Source: Pseudobacter sp. (GTDB lineage: Bacteria > Bacteroidota > Bacteroidia > Chitinophagales > Chitinophagaceae). From it: a stretch of 64,000 bases of DNA. The position numbers and the translations under genes were made by a program. The notes under the pieces were generated by a model. It searched no databases and was not told where the DNA came from. It was given only the letters and a program-made list of their open reading frames with translations. Below, piece by piece: positions 20,614 to 30,752 of the stretch. Every line of letters begins with the position of its first letter. The first letter of the stretch is position 1. Location of the stretch: NCBI GenBank assembly GCA_017849455.1, contig JAFIGX010000007.1:4208-68207 (forward strand), given 5' to 3'.

Positions 20614-22047
20614 TCATTGCCCCTTACCCATGAACAGGATCCGCAAAGTGTGCAGCATGATCTTGAGGTCGAGGGCAAGGGAAATATTTTCGATATAGAT
20701 CAGGTCGTATTTCATCCTTTCCACCATTTCTTCCACGTTTTCTGCATACCCGAATTGGACCATTCCCCAGGAAGTAAGGCCTGGCTTCACTTTCAGCAAG
20801 TAATTGAAATAGGGTGTTTGCCGGTGGATCTGCCCGATATACCAGGCACGTTCGGGCCTGGGCCCCACCAGGCTCATATCGCCTTTCAGGATATTCCATA
20901 ACTGGGGTAATTCATCCAGTCGCCATTTACGCATGGTGCGCCCCCAGGACGTGATGCGCGGATCATTGGCAGAAGAGAGCTGCGGACCGTCCGGCTCGGC
21001 CGCATCGACCATGGAACGGAATTTATAGATCATGAATTTCCTCCCCCTGTATCCGACCCTTTCCTGCTGGTACAGGATGGGACCGGGCGATGATAATTTC
21101 ACGCGGATAGCTGCATAGAGATAAATAGGCCATAGCAGCAGTATTCCCAGGATGGCCACTACCACATCGATCACGCGCTTGATATTCTGCTGCCATTCGG
21201 GCATGAGGTCGGTGCGGATATCCGAGAGCACAGCTCCCCGCACATTGTTGGTACGCACCGAGCCGGAGAGGATATCGAGGGTATCGGGAACGATCTTGAT
21301 ATCTACATCCTTTTCACTCAGCACTTCCACGATCCGGCCGATCTGCTCTTTTTCTTTTTTCTCCACGGCGATCACTACCAGTTGGATCTGGTTATTGTCG
21401 ATCACGCTCTGCACGTCCGTGAAATCGCCGAATTGGGGAAGGTATTCACGAATGCCATTGGGTTCGTGCCCAACAGGCAGGAATCCTTTATAATGGTACC
21501 CGGCAAGACGAAGACCTTCTTTCGTGTCTTTGTAGATCCTGGTGGCGACTGAGTTACCGCCGATCAGCAAGGTATTGAAGAAGACCTGTCCGTTCCGTAT
21601 CTGTTTTCTCACCAGCCGCAGCAGGAAGAACCTGCCTGTGATGGTGAAGATGGACTGGGCCAGGATGTAAGCCAGCAGGGCCTTGTAGAAATAAGTGTAA
21701 TTCTTTTGCGGATCATTGATCACGAACGCAAAGAAAATGACCGTGCAACCGATCAGGCTGCATAATACCGCAGAGGAAAATTCGGATAACCTGGACTTGC
21801 GGTATAATGAATGGTAAGAACCGGTGAGGGCAAAGAAAGTGACCCATGCCAGCGGGATGAGGGATATCCCCCACCAGAACCTGTCGTTCAGGTATGGTCT
21901 GTTATTAATGGTGATATGCTCATGGAGCAGGTAACGCCGCGTAAAGTACAATACTATCCAGGCCAGTAATGCTGCCAGGTAATCGCTCAGCAAATACCAA
22001 CTGCTATGGATCGGTCTGGTGGATACGATTGCGGGTTTATGAGACAA
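20614..22047 (-). CDS. Polyprenyl-phosphate glycosyl-1-phosphate transferase (WbaP/EpsB-type initiating sugar transferase)
   Basis: N-terminal TM segments. C-terminal bacterial sugar transferase domain: PGPILYQQERVGYRGRKFMIYKFRSM...DELPQLWNILKGDMSLVGPRP. Confidence 0.88.
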   Translation of the reverse strand: MSHKPAIVSTRPIHSSWYLLSDYLAALLAWIVLYFTRRYLLHEHITINNRPYLNDRFWWGISLIPLAWVTFFALTGSYHSLYRKSRLSEFSSAVLCSLIGCTVIFFAFVINDPQKNYTYFYKALLAYILAQSIFTITGRFFLLRLVRKQIRNGQVFFNTLLIGGNSVATRIYKDTKEGLRLAGYHYKGFLPVGHEPNGIREYLPQFGDFTDVQSVIDNNQIQLVVIAVEKKEKEQIGRIVEVLSEKDVDIKIVPDTLDILSGSVRTNNVRGAVLSDIRTDLMPEWQQNIKRVIDVVVAILGILLLWPIYLYAAIRVKLSSPGPILYQQERVGYRGRKFMIYKFRSMVDAAEPDGPQLSSANDPRITSWGRTMRKWRLDELPQLWNILKGDMSLVGPRPERAWYIGQIHRQTPYFNYLLKVKPGLTSWGMVQFGYAENVEEMVERMKYDLIYIENISLALDLKIMLHTLRILFMGKGQ

Positions 22048-23011
22048 TACTGTTGTTTTTAATTTTCTGCAGGATCTGGTGCGCTACATCCATAGCCCTA
22101 TAGCCATCTACTTCCGAGACTTTAGTAGAAGTATTGTTCCTGATAGAATCCCGAAAAGATTCAAGTTCCTTTTTGATCGCATTTATTTCCGGTACTTGCG
22201 GATTTATTACGGCTATCGTCTTTTTGCCATGTAAGGTATCCAGATCGAAAGAAAAAGCATCTACATCCTGCGGAGTTTTCAACTTGATGACCTCCGATTT
22301 CTTGTTGAGGAAGTCTATCCCAATATACGCATCTTTTTGGAACAAACGAATTTTGCGCATCTTCTTCATGGAAATGCGGCTCGACGTGAGATTCGCCACA
22401 CATCCATTGTTGAACTCAATGCGAACGTTGGCGATATCCGGCGTATCGGTCATCACCGCCACCCCACTGGCCGAGATCATTTTCACTTCACTTCTCACCA
22501 GGCTCAGGATAATATCGATATCATGGATCATCAGGTCGAGGATCACGCTCACCTCCGTACCGCGGGGATTGAATTGTGCCAGGCGATGCACTTCAATGAA
22601 CATGGGATGCAATTCCAGGTGCTGCACGGCCAGGTAGGCCGGGTTGAAACGCTCCACATGACCAACCTGGAATTTGATGTTCGATTCCTTCACCAGCTTT
22701 ACGAGTTCCCTGGCTTCTTCCATGGTGTTGGCCAAAGGCTTTTCCACGAAAACATGCTTGCCTTTACGGATAGCGAGCTTACATAGGTCGAAATGAAAGG
22801 TGGTAGGGGCTACGATGTCTACCGCATCGACGGCGTCCATCAGGCGTTCGGCATCGAGGAACCTGGGGAGTTGATATTTTTCCGTGACTTCCTGTGCAGC
22901 CACATCCGAAGGATCGAAAAAGCCTACAAGCTCCACATCTTTGATCTCTTTCCAGTTGTTGAGGTGAAATTTACCGAGATGACCAACACCCAAAACGCCA
23001 ACCTTTAGCAT
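22037..23011 (-). CDS. Gfo/Idh/MocA-family NAD(P)-dependent oxidoreductase
   Basis: Rossmann N-terminus LKVGVLGVGHLGKFH and an EKPL motif. It overlaps the downstream sugar transferase gene by 11 nt. Confidence 0.85.
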   Translation of the reverse strand: MLKVGVLGVGHLGKFHLNNWKEIKDVELVGFFDPSDVAAQEVTEKYQLPRFLDAERLMDAVDAVDIVAPTTFHFDLCKLAIRKGKHVFVEKPLANTMEEARELVKLVKESNIKFQVGHVERFNPAYLAVQHLELHPMFIEVHRLAQFNPRGTEVSVILDLMIHDIDIILSLVRSEVKMISASGVAVMTDTPDIANVRIEFNNGCVANLTSSRISMKKMRKIRLFQKDAYIGIDFLNKKSEVIKLKTPQDVDAFSFDLDTLHGKKTIAVINPQVPEINAIKKELESFRDSIRNNTSTKVSEVDGYRAMDVAHQILQKIKNNSIVS

Positions 23012-23109
23012 AATGAAAAAAATTAGTTGCCAAAGATAAATGCTGTTATCCGTTAGATAACGCTTTTTTATTACCAGTCAGTATCCGGGTGTGAATAACC
23101 TGGTGAATT

Positions 23110-23883
23110 TCAACGGATCAATTTAGACCGGCTGCGATAAGTGGAGGTAGGATGATAGATGAAAAGACAGGTGCCTTCCTTGATCTCGTCGATCAGGGGG
23201 CGACTGACATCGGCAGGCACAGCCGGGCAACCCAGGCTCCTACCGATATATCCCTGGCTCTGGATGAACGATTCGCTGACATAATCGGCCCCATGCAGTA
23301 CGATGGCCCTGCGTTGTGCAAGATCATTGATCCCTTTTTCAACGCCTCTCAGCTTCAAGGAATAGCCGTTGCTACCCAGGTAGGGTTCACCGGTGACATA
23401 GAAACCGAGACTGCTTTTTTTAGAGGAAGGCTTGTTGGAAAAAACGTTGGCCATCAGTTTCCCCGACCGCATACCATGGGCCACCCAGGTATTGAAGAGC
23501 AACTGGTAATTATCGAGGTCGATCACGTATAAACGCCTCTCGGAGCTAGGCTTGCTGAAATCCACGATGGAGAGGATATCTGATTGGATCAGCCCTGATC
23601 TCTGCAATCTTTCCATACCCTTCAGGGCTATCTGGAACACATAGCGCGAGAGGCCCACATCTTCCAGCCGGAGGCTGTCATAGACGGCCATCTTCGCCAG
23701 TGACCAGGCGATAGCATTGTATTCAAAACCTTTTCCGGGATCAGGCGCCAGTGCGCGTGCAGGAAAGGATCTGCCTTCCCTTCCGGGATCGGCTACTACA
23801 AATGATAGTTGGAGTGCCACTAATACAATTACCAATGAAAACCGCATTAGTTTCCTCAGCCTTAACTTTTTCGGTTTTTTCAT
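23110..23883 (-). CDS. YkuD_2-type murein L,D-transpeptidase catalytic-domain family protein
   Basis: Signal-anchor N-terminus. Catalytic-site-like IVLHGADYV...GRSLGCPAV. Confidence 0.7.
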   Translation of the reverse strand: MKKPKKLRLRKLMRFSLVIVLVALQLSFVVADPGREGRSFPARALAPDPGKGFEYNAIAWSLAKMAVYDSLRLEDVGLSRYVFQIALKGMERLQRSGLIQSDILSIVDFSKPSSERRLYVIDLDNYQLLFNTWVAHGMRSGKLMANVFSNKPSSKKSSLGFYVTGEPYLGSNGYSLKLRGVEKGINDLAQRRAIVLHGADYVSESFIQSQGYIGRSLGCPAVPADVSRPLIDEIKEGTCLFIYHPTSTYRSRSKLIR

Positions 23884-24072
23884 GGACCCAGCCCTTTTAG
23901 GATCTACAAAAATGATTTCAAAGTATGAACGGGATACACAAAAAAAAATTGCCCTGGATTCGGCAGGGCAGTTTCGGATTTTTTTAAGTGGACCGGCGCA
24001 AAAGTAAGGGAATTTGCTATTCAGGGATCAGGCCCCGGCAGATATTAACATATCAATAATAAATAGCATATA

Positions 24073-24780
24073 TCAAAGCTTCTCGCCGATGATGGAATAG
24101 AGGATGGTGCGGTAATGCTCACTACAGGGCAGTTCCGTATCACCGAGGAAAACAGTCTTCCTGGCCACCGTATCCACCTTTCGCAGCGAAACGATATAGG
24201 AGCGGTGGATCCGTATGAAATTCTCGCCCGGCAACCGGCTTTCGAAGTACTTCAGGCTTTGCAGGGTCACCACGGGTTTCCGGCTCTCGGCCAGGTGGAT
24301 CCGGGTATAATCCTTGAGCCCCTCGAGGTATACGATATCGTTGTAGAAGATCTTCTGGATCTTGTGGGAGGTCTTGATGAACAAAAAATCGTCCGTTCGC
24401 TGTGTATTCTTATTTTTCCTGAAACTGATGTATTCATAAGCCTTGCTCACGGCTGCCACGAAGCGGTCGAAGGGAACGGGCTTCAACAGGTAATCGATGG
24501 CATCCAGTTCGAAGCCCTCTACTGCAAATTCGTTATAGGCAGTAACAAAGATCACCGCTGGTTTCTTCGGCAGGGACTTTAGAAATTGTATTCCCGAAAT
24601 ATCGGGCATTTTTATGTCGAGGAATACAAGGTCGATCTCTTCCTTTTCGAAAATGGGCAATGCCGGAACCGGCCCTTCACACCTTGCCGCCAGCCGCAGG
24701 TAAGGGATCTTCTGAATGAAATCTTCCATCAGGTCCAGCGCCCAGGGTTCATCGTCGATGATCAGACAGTTAAGTTTCAT
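24073..24780 (-). CDS. LytTR-family two-component response regulator
   Basis: Receiver domain (IIDDEP...LVFLDIKMPDISG) plus a C-terminal LytTR DNA-binding domain (...FIRIHRSYIVSL). There is a 4-nt overlap with the upstream kinase gene. Confidence 0.9.
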   Translation of the reverse strand: MKLNCLIIDDEPWALDLMEDFIQKIPYLRLAARCEGPVPALPIFEKEEIDLVFLDIKMPDISGIQFLKSLPKKPAVIFVTAYNEFAVEGFELDAIDYLLKPVPFDRFVAAVSKAYEYISFRKNKNTQRTDDFLFIKTSHKIQKIFYNDIVYLEGLKDYTRIHLAESRKPVVTLQSLKYFESRLPGENFIRIHRSYIVSLRKVDTVARKTVFLGDTELPCSEHYRTILYSIIGEKL

Positions 24781-26585
24781 CCTTTTATTTTTTGGTGAGA
24801 AAAATTATCGTGCTCGGTCTCATGATCAAGGTCGATTTTCAGGTTCACGATATAGAGCGAATTGTTCTCCACTACATCGAGCAGGTACCTGCCGGGATAG
24901 AGTACATCGAGCCTTCTACGGGCATTGATGAGCCCTACCCCATCATGGTCCTTCTCACGCTGTGCGGTAACTGCATTTCCTACCGTCAGCAGCAGGGTTT
25001 TTTGTACCAGTTCGATATTGATCCTGATCTCGGAAGGGACCGTATAGCTGACACCATGTTTGAACGCATTTTCAATGAATGTGATCAGGAGAAGCGGTGC
25101 GATCACCAGGTTGCCTGTATTGCCGGTAACGGAATAATGAATAGTAACGTTCTTGGATATGCGTATTTTTTGCAGATCGATATAATTACGGATATATTCG
25201 AGGTCTTTGGCGAGAGGGATCTTTTCAGCAGCAGAATCATACAATACATAACGCATGATCTGTGAAAATTTCAGGATGGAATATTCCGTTTGCTCCGACT
25301 TGAGATGCGCCTGTGAATAGATGCTGTTCAATGTATTGAAGAGGAAATGGGGGTTGATCTGGAGCTTGAGGAAGTTCAGTTCTGCATTGAGCCTTTCATT
25401 CTCCAGCACCTTCTTTTGTTTTTCGCTGATCACGAGCGAGTTCGCCAGTTTGATGAACCCGCTGATCAGTAGTATGATGATGGCGGAAGTAAGCGTGTCC
25501 ATCATCAGCATCGGCAAAGCGATCAGAGGGATCTCCGTGCCGAATAATTTCAGCGTGGGAATTTTTCGCCCGCCAAAGGGCCCATTGGCCATGAAAGTAG
25601 CCGCAAAGGGCATTGATTCAGGTGGATCATTTTTGAATTGTGAACGTGGCGAGAGATTCAATGGCAATGTACCTTTATCTACCAACGTATCGATCAGGGT
25701 AAAAGGCAGGGACATCACAGGTAATGGTGTACCGATCGTAGCGATCGAAGGCTGGCCGGGGGACGGCAATACGGTACCGATCGCCAACGATTCTGTCGGA
25801 CCCATATACATCACATTATTCCTCAGATTGGCCTGCCTGAATTTTTCACGGCGGATCCTGTCCTGCCTGACGAACCATGCATCATCACTGGCCGCCGTCA
25901 ATATTTTCGTATGTGCTCCTGCATATCTCCCCTGCACGCCTACAAACTCGGTCTGTGAAAAGGCGAAAGATGGCTCCGGTACATCTCTGCCGATGTCTGT
26001 GGCGGAATCAAAGAATGATTTTGCAGAGCTTTTATTACCGGTGATCGCACTCCTGCCCGTACGTTCACCGAACAACATGGCGCCGGATGATAATTGGATG
26101 CTATCCCTTGCCTGCACACGCCCTGCTGCAAATGGCATCATACGGGCCTTGGCCACGGGAGAGAGGTGATGAAAAAATTTGGGGGGTCTCCCCGGCCGCC
26201 CTACCAGGGTGAAACCCGTTTTTTTCCGGAAAAGATCCTGAAAATAATATTCCACGGTGAGTTGCTGTGCACAGATAACGATCAGGGTAACAAATACCAG
26301 CAGAAAATAATTGAGCATGCGTCCTTTCCGGAAAAATTTCGGGATCAGGTAATAATAATGGAAATAAAAGAGAATGATAAGAAAGGATTTGTTGATCAGC
26401 TCCCTGTAAAGAAATGTGCTGTCGAGTATCTCGATACGATAGATCAGCATCGGCAGGGAAAGAAAAAGGCCCCAAAGCACTATGTGCAAGGATATGATGA
26501 GAAGCCGGTGCATGACCGTTCTCACGGGTTTAAATCCCAACACATAAGCAATAACGTCCTGCGCTTGTTCTTTAGGCATTATCAT
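24777..26585 (-). CDS. LytS/His_kinase (PF06580-type) sensor histidine kinase with an unusually long insert
   Basis: N-terminal TM cluster, then a non-hydrophobic segment of ~240 aa and a final TM. It ends with NAELNFLKLQINPHFLFNTLNSIYS and an HATPase-like tail. Confidence 0.8.
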   Translation of the reverse strand: MIMPKEQAQDVIAYVLGFKPVRTVMHRLLIISLHIVLWGLFLSLPMLIYRIEILDSTFLYRELINKSFLIILFYFHYYYLIPKFFRKGRMLNYFLLVFVTLIVICAQQLTVEYYFQDLFRKKTGFTLVGRPGRPPKFFHHLSPVAKARMMPFAAGRVQARDSIQLSSGAMLFGERTGRSAITGNKSSAKSFFDSATDIGRDVPEPSFAFSQTEFVGVQGRYAGAHTKILTAASDDAWFVRQDRIRREKFRQANLRNNVMYMGPTESLAIGTVLPSPGQPSIATIGTPLPVMSLPFTLIDTLVDKGTLPLNLSPRSQFKNDPPESMPFAATFMANGPFGGRKIPTLKLFGTEIPLIALPMLMMDTLTSAIIILLISGFIKLANSLVISEKQKKVLENERLNAELNFLKLQINPHFLFNTLNSIYSQAHLKSEQTEYSILKFSQIMRYVLYDSAAEKIPLAKDLEYIRNYIDLQKIRISKNVTIHYSVTGNTGNLVIAPLLLITFIENAFKHGVSYTVPSEIRINIELVQKTLLLTVGNAVTAQREKDHDGVGLINARRRLDVLYPGRYLLDVVENNSLYIVNLKIDLDHETEHDNFSHQKIKG

Positions 26586-26703
26586 AATGAGACGATAATA
26601 TTACAGGACGCTGCAGTACTCCGAATGTATTTGATCGCTGATCAATGAATTTTATCCTTTCTATAACAAATGCCCGTCGCAATTTGATCCGCTTCGTTAT
26701 TGA

Positions 26704-27762
26704 TTAGTTATTGTCGTTATCGTTTTTAGGATCATTCGGATGCCATTCGAACATATTATCGAACGGTGTGGAACCGCTTCGGCCGGTGAGTACGAATCCG
26801 CGGTTATTGATTACAAACGCCACGGCCCCTTCGCGCGCTGAGCCTTCGAAAGAAGTCTTTTTTGTCCACAGATCATTCACCGCATCATACTCCCAGGTAT
26901 CAGTGATCAGGCCGCCGGCCCTGCCGGTAGCCACATAGCCTTTGTCGTTCATTACGAATGCCACGCCGCCATAGCGGGCGATATTGCTGTATTTGTCATC
27001 ATACGTTTCAGAGGTATTCGCATTGATGATCTTTCTTTTTTCCGTCCAGCTATCTGCCACTGGATCATACATCTGCAGATCGGTCAATGCATCTCCGTTG
27101 TTATTCCCGCTTACCACATAAGCTTTGCCCCCCATCACGAATACCTGGGACTGCGATCTTTTCCTGGTAAGAGGCTGTCTTTGCGTCCAACTGTCGCTGG
27201 CGATATTGTATTCCCAAAGATCCAACAGTGCGCCGCCTGAATTATACCCTGTTGCAATGAAAGCCCTGTCACCGATCGTAAAGGCAACTGCATTGCGACG
27301 GGCGCCGCCAGGGAAATCGTTCATTTGTTTCCATCCTTTGGAAACAGGATTATAGCGCCATACATCACTGAAGTATTTATTGTCGCGCCCATTATACCCG
27401 GTAGCCACATACCCGAAACCGCCCACTGAAAACCCTACAGCGCCCTGCCTGATCTCGGCACTGAACAGGCTATCGGGATTTGGTGTTACATTGGTCCACC
27501 CCTTGTCGATCACATATTTGTAAAATGCGTTGTTATAACTGCTGTAATTATCAAACAGGCCCGTACCAATATACGCCTCGTTGTTGACTACAAAACATAC
27601 GGCCTCGCTGCGGCCGGCTCCCGGGATCTCGCTGACCAGGCTCCAGTTGCCGATCAGGTCTGAATCGGAACTGCTGCTTTTTGAACATCCGGTTGTGAAG
27701 ATCAGGGGGGAAAGCATTAACGTGGCTAATGATACCTGGAGGGCCAAATTTTTCATCCGCAT
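26704..27762 (-). CDS. Kelch-repeat beta-propeller lipoprotein
   Basis: Lipobox ..LIFTTGCSK from the Met at 27762. Repeated units follow, of the form G(G)..A..F...GY...G......D.W.Y....D.W. Confidence 0.7.
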   Translation of the reverse strand: MRMKNLALQVSLATLMLSPLIFTTGCSKSSSSDSDLIGNWSLVSEIPGAGRSEAVCFVVNNEAYIGTGLFDNYSSYNNAFYKYVIDKGWTNVTPNPDSLFSAEIRQGAVGFSVGGFGYVATGYNGRDNKYFSDVWRYNPVSKGWKQMNDFPGGARRNAVAFTIGDRAFIATGYNSGGALLDLWEYNIASDSWTQRQPLTRKRSQSQVFVMGGKAYVVSGNNNGDALTDLQMYDPVADSWTEKRKIINANTSETYDDKYSNIARYGGVAFVMNDKGYVATGRAGGLITDTWEYDAVNDLWTKKTSFEGSAREGAVAFVINNRGFVLTGRSGSTPFDNMFEWHPNDPKNDNDNN

Positions 27763-27891
27763 AGTTTTAAATTTAGAAATGAACCGCGTATAGTTGTTTT
27801 TTGATAAAAGTATTCCTGCCTTCTTCAAACAACTTGATAAAATAGATGGTAACCGGAATGTAATCGACCAATCATTCGATTTCGTCTTTTA

Positions 27892-28049
27892 GTCTGAACC
27901 ACGATTTGCTGGATTTGATGGATTGGGATGAAAATTCGCCGATTGCCTATAACTCCTTCATAAAATTGCTTCCTCTTCTCATATTGAGCCTCAAACCTTC
28001 AACGACCTTTCCCCCCAATCCATCAAATCCAGCAAATCGTGGTTCAGAC
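27892..28049. repeat. Perfect 36-bp inverted repeat element (gtctgaac... family)
   Basis: The left arm is 27892-27927, gtctgaaccacgatttgctggatttgatggattggg. It is the exact reverse complement of the right arm, 28014-28049. The spacer is 86 nt. It lies in a divergent promoter region. Confidence 0.9.
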
Positions 28050-28159
28050 ATTTCGCAGACATAAACACCTGTTTGGCCGATTATTCAGCCATGCTGATAT
28101 ATAATAACAAAATTTGCAGGGAGCGCCCGGATATATTGCAGGGAAATGTGCCTTCACGC

Positions 28160-29494
28160 ATGAAACATGTACGCTCGTCTTCTCTTATGGTATGCAGCTT
28201 GTTCCTGACGGCCCTGTTCTTTACATCCTGTTATAAAAATGAGATCCAGTTCGGGAACGATAACCCCGACAGCTTCAACAAGATCATTACCATAGATACC
28301 ATAACCCCGGTATTCTCCACGTTCGTATTGGATTCTTTTCCTACTTCGGGGAACGGTGTATTATTGGTGGGAAGGTTCAATGACCCTGTACTCGGCCCTA
28401 CTTCAGCACGTACGTTCTTCCAGGTTGGACTGCCCGCTTCCACCGACATCGCCCTGCTCACGGCAGATGCCATTTATGATTCCATTGCAGTGGTGTTGAA
28501 GCCCAATACCAATTATTACGGCGATACGGCTATTGCCCAGACATACACGCTCCTGGAACTGGCCGAGCAGCCCGATTATACCTATCAAAGCAGGATCTAC
28601 AATACTTCTTCTTTCAGCACATTGCCTCAGCCGCTGGCAACGATCTCCAAACCACTGACCCCATCGAGGGATTCATTATCGTTCCGGCTCTCCGACCTGC
28701 GTGGAAAAGATTTCTTCGATAAACTGCGCAACAATGATAACCAGATCCAGACGGAAGATAATTTCCTCAATTTCTTCAAAGGATTTTGCGTGCAGGTGAA
28801 CAACACGGACAAAGGCGCCATCTACACAATACCGGCCGACAACAGCGCCACGATGCGCATCTATTTTCATACCACCAATCCCTATTTCGCACAGCATACC
28901 CTGACCTTTCCATTGACCCGCTCCAGTTACCAGTTCAATCAGTTATTGGCTAACCGCGATGGCACACCGCTGAAGCCGTCTTATGCCGGGCAGCAGGAAT
29001 TCTTTGCTACACCTGTCCAGCCTTATGCCTATTCTCAATCGGGGATGGGATTGCTCTTAAAAGTAAAATTCCCTTCCCTCAAGAATATACTTACCGTGGG
29101 ATCATTTGTCCGGCTGCTATCGGCCGACCTGGTCCTCCGGCCGGTAGAAAGCTCCTTTGATCTCTTCGGCTCGCAATTACCTTCGAGCCTTACCTTTTTT
29201 CACACCGACGCCTCCAACGTGATTGGTTACCCGGTGGTCAATGCCGGCGGCCAGACTGCCATTGCTGCTTCGCCGGTCATCGATAATATTTACAGGATCA
29301 ATACCAACTATTCATTCAGCGTAACGCCTTTCATAGATTACCTGCTCAATACCAGCAACACCACAGAAAGCGGCGCCTTCATTCTGCAGGAAAGTCCCGG
29401 AAGCGCCAAACTGTTGCATCGCGCCGCGATCGGCAGCTCATACCTGGCGAAATTCCAATCGCAACTCAAATTAACTGTATTGACCTCTCAATAA
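28160..29494 (+). CDS. DUF4270-like lipoprotein
   Basis: Lipobox LFFTSCYKN from the Met at 28160. The N-terminal pattern ...LLVGRFNDPVLGPTSA... is typical of the Bacteroidota DUF4270 family. Confidence 0.55.
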   Translation: MKHVRSSSLMVCSLFLTALFFTSCYKNEIQFGNDNPDSFNKIITIDTITPVFSTFVLDSFPTSGNGVLLVGRFNDPVLGPTSARTFFQVGLPASTDIALLTADAIYDSIAVVLKPNTNYYGDTAIAQTYTLLELAEQPDYTYQSRIYNTSSFSTLPQPLATISKPLTPSRDSLSFRLSDLRGKDFFDKLRNNDNQIQTEDNFLNFFKGFCVQVNNTDKGAIYTIPADNSATMRIYFHTTNPYFAQHTLTFPLTRSSYQFNQLLANRDGTPLKPSYAGQQEFFATPVQPYAYSQSGMGLLLKVKFPSLKNILTVGSFVRLLSADLVLRPVESSFDLFGSQLPSSLTFFHTDASNVIGYPVVNAGGQTAIAASPVIDNIYRINTNYSFSVTPFIDYLLNTSNTTESGAFILQESPGSAKLLHRAAIGSSYLAKFQSQLKLTVLTSQ

Positions 29495-29501
29495 CCGGAC
29501 T

Positions 29502-30752
29502 ATGCAAAAAGGAATATTGACCTTGATGATCTTCTTATCGCTGATTGCAAATGCCAGGGCCCAGGACCTCAATGCTCCTTATTCGGCGTATGGTATCGGT
29601 GATCTCGATTTCAGGTATTATGATAAGAGCGCTGGCATGGGACATACATCCATGGGCATTCTTTCTACACCCTACAATATAGTGTTCAAGAACCCGGCAT
29701 CGCTGGCCGGTCTCGATAGGAGCAATGTAGTAGTGAATGGTGCGTTCGTTGGAAAGCTGAGTACCTACACCGGCGATGCTATCACCTCATCGAACAATAA
29801 GGCAAGGGATTTTACAGTGAAACAATTTTCGCTGGCCATCAAGCTGAATAAATTCTGGGCCAGCGGCATCAGCGTGATGCCTTATAGCTATGTGGGATAT
29901 TCATATAGATCGAACCTGAACATCGAAGGATCTGCAAATACCTACGATGCTTTGTATACCGGTGATGGAGGGCTTTATAATGTTGCGTGGACCAATGCTT
30001 TCAATGTTGGCAAACATCTTTCGTTCGGTATACGCTCATCGTTTTTATTTGGATCGATCAACCAGACGGAAACCCTGCAAAGCGATCTGCTCTCCGTTCC
30101 CATCAACACCAAAAAAACGGATTACTATCACAATTTCAGGTTCGAGTATGGAGGGCTTTATCATACCAAACTGACTAAAGACCTGCAATTCTCGGTGGGT
30201 GGAAAATTTACAGCCAAGACCAGGTTGAACTCCGAACAGAGCCTGCTCATGACACAGGGCAACAGCACCATCAAACAGGAAGATGTGGTGAAAACAGGCA
30301 GGTTTTACCTGCCGATGAGCTATGACCTCGGTGTGGCGCTGACCAGTAAGGGCAAGACCACTTACGCAGTGGACTATACTTATGAGAACTGGGACGGGAT
30401 CAATACGAATGGATATTCCTGGTCGATGATCAATAGCCATCGTTTATCGGCCGGTGTGCAATTCTCCAACCAGATGGAGGCTTATAATATGAAGTTTGAA
30501 AAAAATTACTGGCAGATGGGACTATTTGCAGACAGATCTTACCTCAGGATCCGGAATACGCCTATCGATGAGGTGGGCGCTACGATCGGGTATGGAGGTT
30601 ACATGACAGGCAGGCTATCGTATGGATTATCCCTGGAAGCGGGCCGCAGAGGCGCCACTACCAACCAGCTGATCAGGGAGAACTATGTTCAGTTCACCTT
30701 ACGGTTATCATACCGCGAATTCCTTTTCAGCAAGGGGAGGAAATATGATTAG
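29502..30752 (+). CDS. Outer-membrane beta-barrel protein (PorQ/PorV/FadL-like motif)
   Basis: Signal peptide ...ANARAQD. The N-terminal motif KSAGMGHTSMG...FKNPASLAGL resembles the GMG...NPA.L signature of PorV/PorQ-type barrels. The sequence has an alternating beta-strand character. Confidence 0.45.
   Translation: MQKGILTLMIFLSLIANARAQDLNAPYSAYGIGDLDFRYYDKSAGMGHTSMGILSTPYNIVFKNPASLAGLDRSNVVVNGAFVGKLSTYTGDAITSSNNKARDFTVKQFSLAIKLNKFWASGISVMPYSYVGYSYRSNLNIEGSANTYDALYTGDGGLYNVAWTNAFNVGKHLSFGIRSSFLFGSINQTETLQSDLLSVPINTKKTDYYHNFRFEYGGLYHTKLTKDLQFSVGGKFTAKTRLNSEQSLLMTQGNSTIKQEDVVKTGRFYLPMSYDLGVALTSKGKTTYAVDYTYENWDGINTNGYSWSMINSHRLSAGVQFSNQMEAYNMKFEKNYWQMGLFADRSYLRIRNTPIDEVGATIGYGGYMTGRLSYGLSLEAGRRGATTNQLIRENYVQFTLRLSYREFLFSKGRKYD

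Noticed and set aside
25321-26169. 282-aa + strand ORF (and 26094-26648, 184 aa)
   Set aside because: Antisense to the sensor histidine kinase gene. The - strand product has the diagnostic His_kinase motif.
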